Positions 62,990-64,000 of a stretch of 64,000 nt of DNA are shown one piece after another (position 1 is the first letter of the stretch; the number at the start of each line of letters is the position of its first letter). The notes beneath the pieces were generated by a model. That model saw only the letters and a program-made list of their open reading frames with translations. It did no database searches and was not told the DNA's origin. This stretch comes from Octopus sinensis (taxonomy: Eukaryota): contig NC_043005.1 of NCBI RefSeq assembly GCF_006345805.1, positions 51,460,001 to 51,524,000 on the forward strand, given 5' to 3'. The position numbers were made by a program, and so were the translations under genes.

Positions 62990-62992
<3 letters not shown>
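62768..62992 (-). mobile_element. ~225-bp element inserted in (TA)n, with a hammerhead-like core (62859-62893)
   Basis: rc GTTT-CCGACGA-A-GAGC-TCC-GCTC-GAAAC-GTC-ATAC; TA repeats on both sides. Confidence 0.6.
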
Positions 62993-63027
<35 letters not shown>

Positions 63028-63169
63028 CATATATACGACGGGCTTCTTTCAGTTTCCGTCTACCAAATCCACTCACAAGTGTTTAGTCGGCCCGAGGCTA
63101 TAGTAGAAGGCGCATACATACATACATGCATTGAGGGTATATGTGTATGTTGTATGTATGCATGTATAT

Positions 63170-63211
<42 letters not shown>

Positions 63212-64000
63212 ATATATACATACATACATACATACATACACACACATATATATTAATATTTAAGAGAAGTAACAGTGACTCGATGGCCAAAAGTTTCATG
63301 TTGTACCAACGTACGAAACTCTCGAACCCTGAGTCACTCTGTTGCTTCTGTTAAATATTAATAAAAATATAAATATACTCATATTTTGAGTTCTGTTTTT
63401 CTTGCTTGCATCACCATACCTATGTCTTTATATTATTTATATTCATATATATGTATGCGTTGAGGGAATATATATTATTTATATTAATAATATATATGCT
63501 TGCGTTGAGGGAGTATATATTTGAGTGTGTGTGTGTGTGTGTGTGTGCATATATGTATTCATATAAATATGTATTTATATATGTATATATAACGGTATAA
63601 TTTCAATTGATTAAAAATTAGTTCTGATTCACCGCCGTTTAAGTACAAATACACACACGTGTAAAAGGTCGAGCTCGTATTTTCGTTTAGACATGTTGGC
63701 CATTTATGAAATACTCGCGCCATTGACTTCATTGGTTTACACACATACACACAGATACGCTATTTTATTAATTTTCATTCAGTGTTCTTTATATACCAAC
63801 GGCATCCTCATTGATGCTGCATGTCTTTTATTCCTCAACAAAACTGCAGTTTCCATTCGAAATATATTTTATGTGTTTGATTTACGAGCCCTTTGGAAAT
63901 ACATAAATTTTATTATAATAATGATAATAATAATAGTAATAATATTTCCATTCACCCTATTCCTTGTGTGTGAATATGGAAACTTGATGCTTACTTTCTT

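Overview
AT-rich, (TA)n-microsatellite-dense eukaryotic genomic DNA, most likely an octopus. This assignment is inferred from recalled octopod SINE families, not from a database search. Only one gene is confidently identified: an intronless TADA2B (ADA2b) CDS at 20249-21700 (+), with ZZ finger, SANT, ADA boxes and a SWIRM-like C-terminus. It sits in a ~2.5 kb repeat-free island. Splice signals suggest it is flanked by two unidentified multi-exon minus-strand genes: one divergent (first exon ending ATG|gtaagc at 19755) and one convergent (last exon 22056-22193). The rest of the window is mostly repeats. These include decayed Tc1/mariner elements of four families (DD34D, Tc1 DD..E, DD37D, DD41D), MITEs, Merlin-like MITEs with 8-bp TSDs, two mini-Helitrons, a Helentron-like element, RTE LINE remnants and several SINE families. 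There are also two recent tandem duplications (~1.44 kb and ~0.77 kb), a SINE-derived minisatellite and several fold-back palindromes. The most interesting signals are short (TA)n-targeting elements carrying minimal hammerhead-ribozyme-like cores, SINEs with swapped heads and tails, a LINE tail with three C2H2-type fingers, and a CpG-rich 93-bp orphan insertion. Most ORFs in the supplied track are microsatellite or SINE artefacts. All alignments were done by eye.
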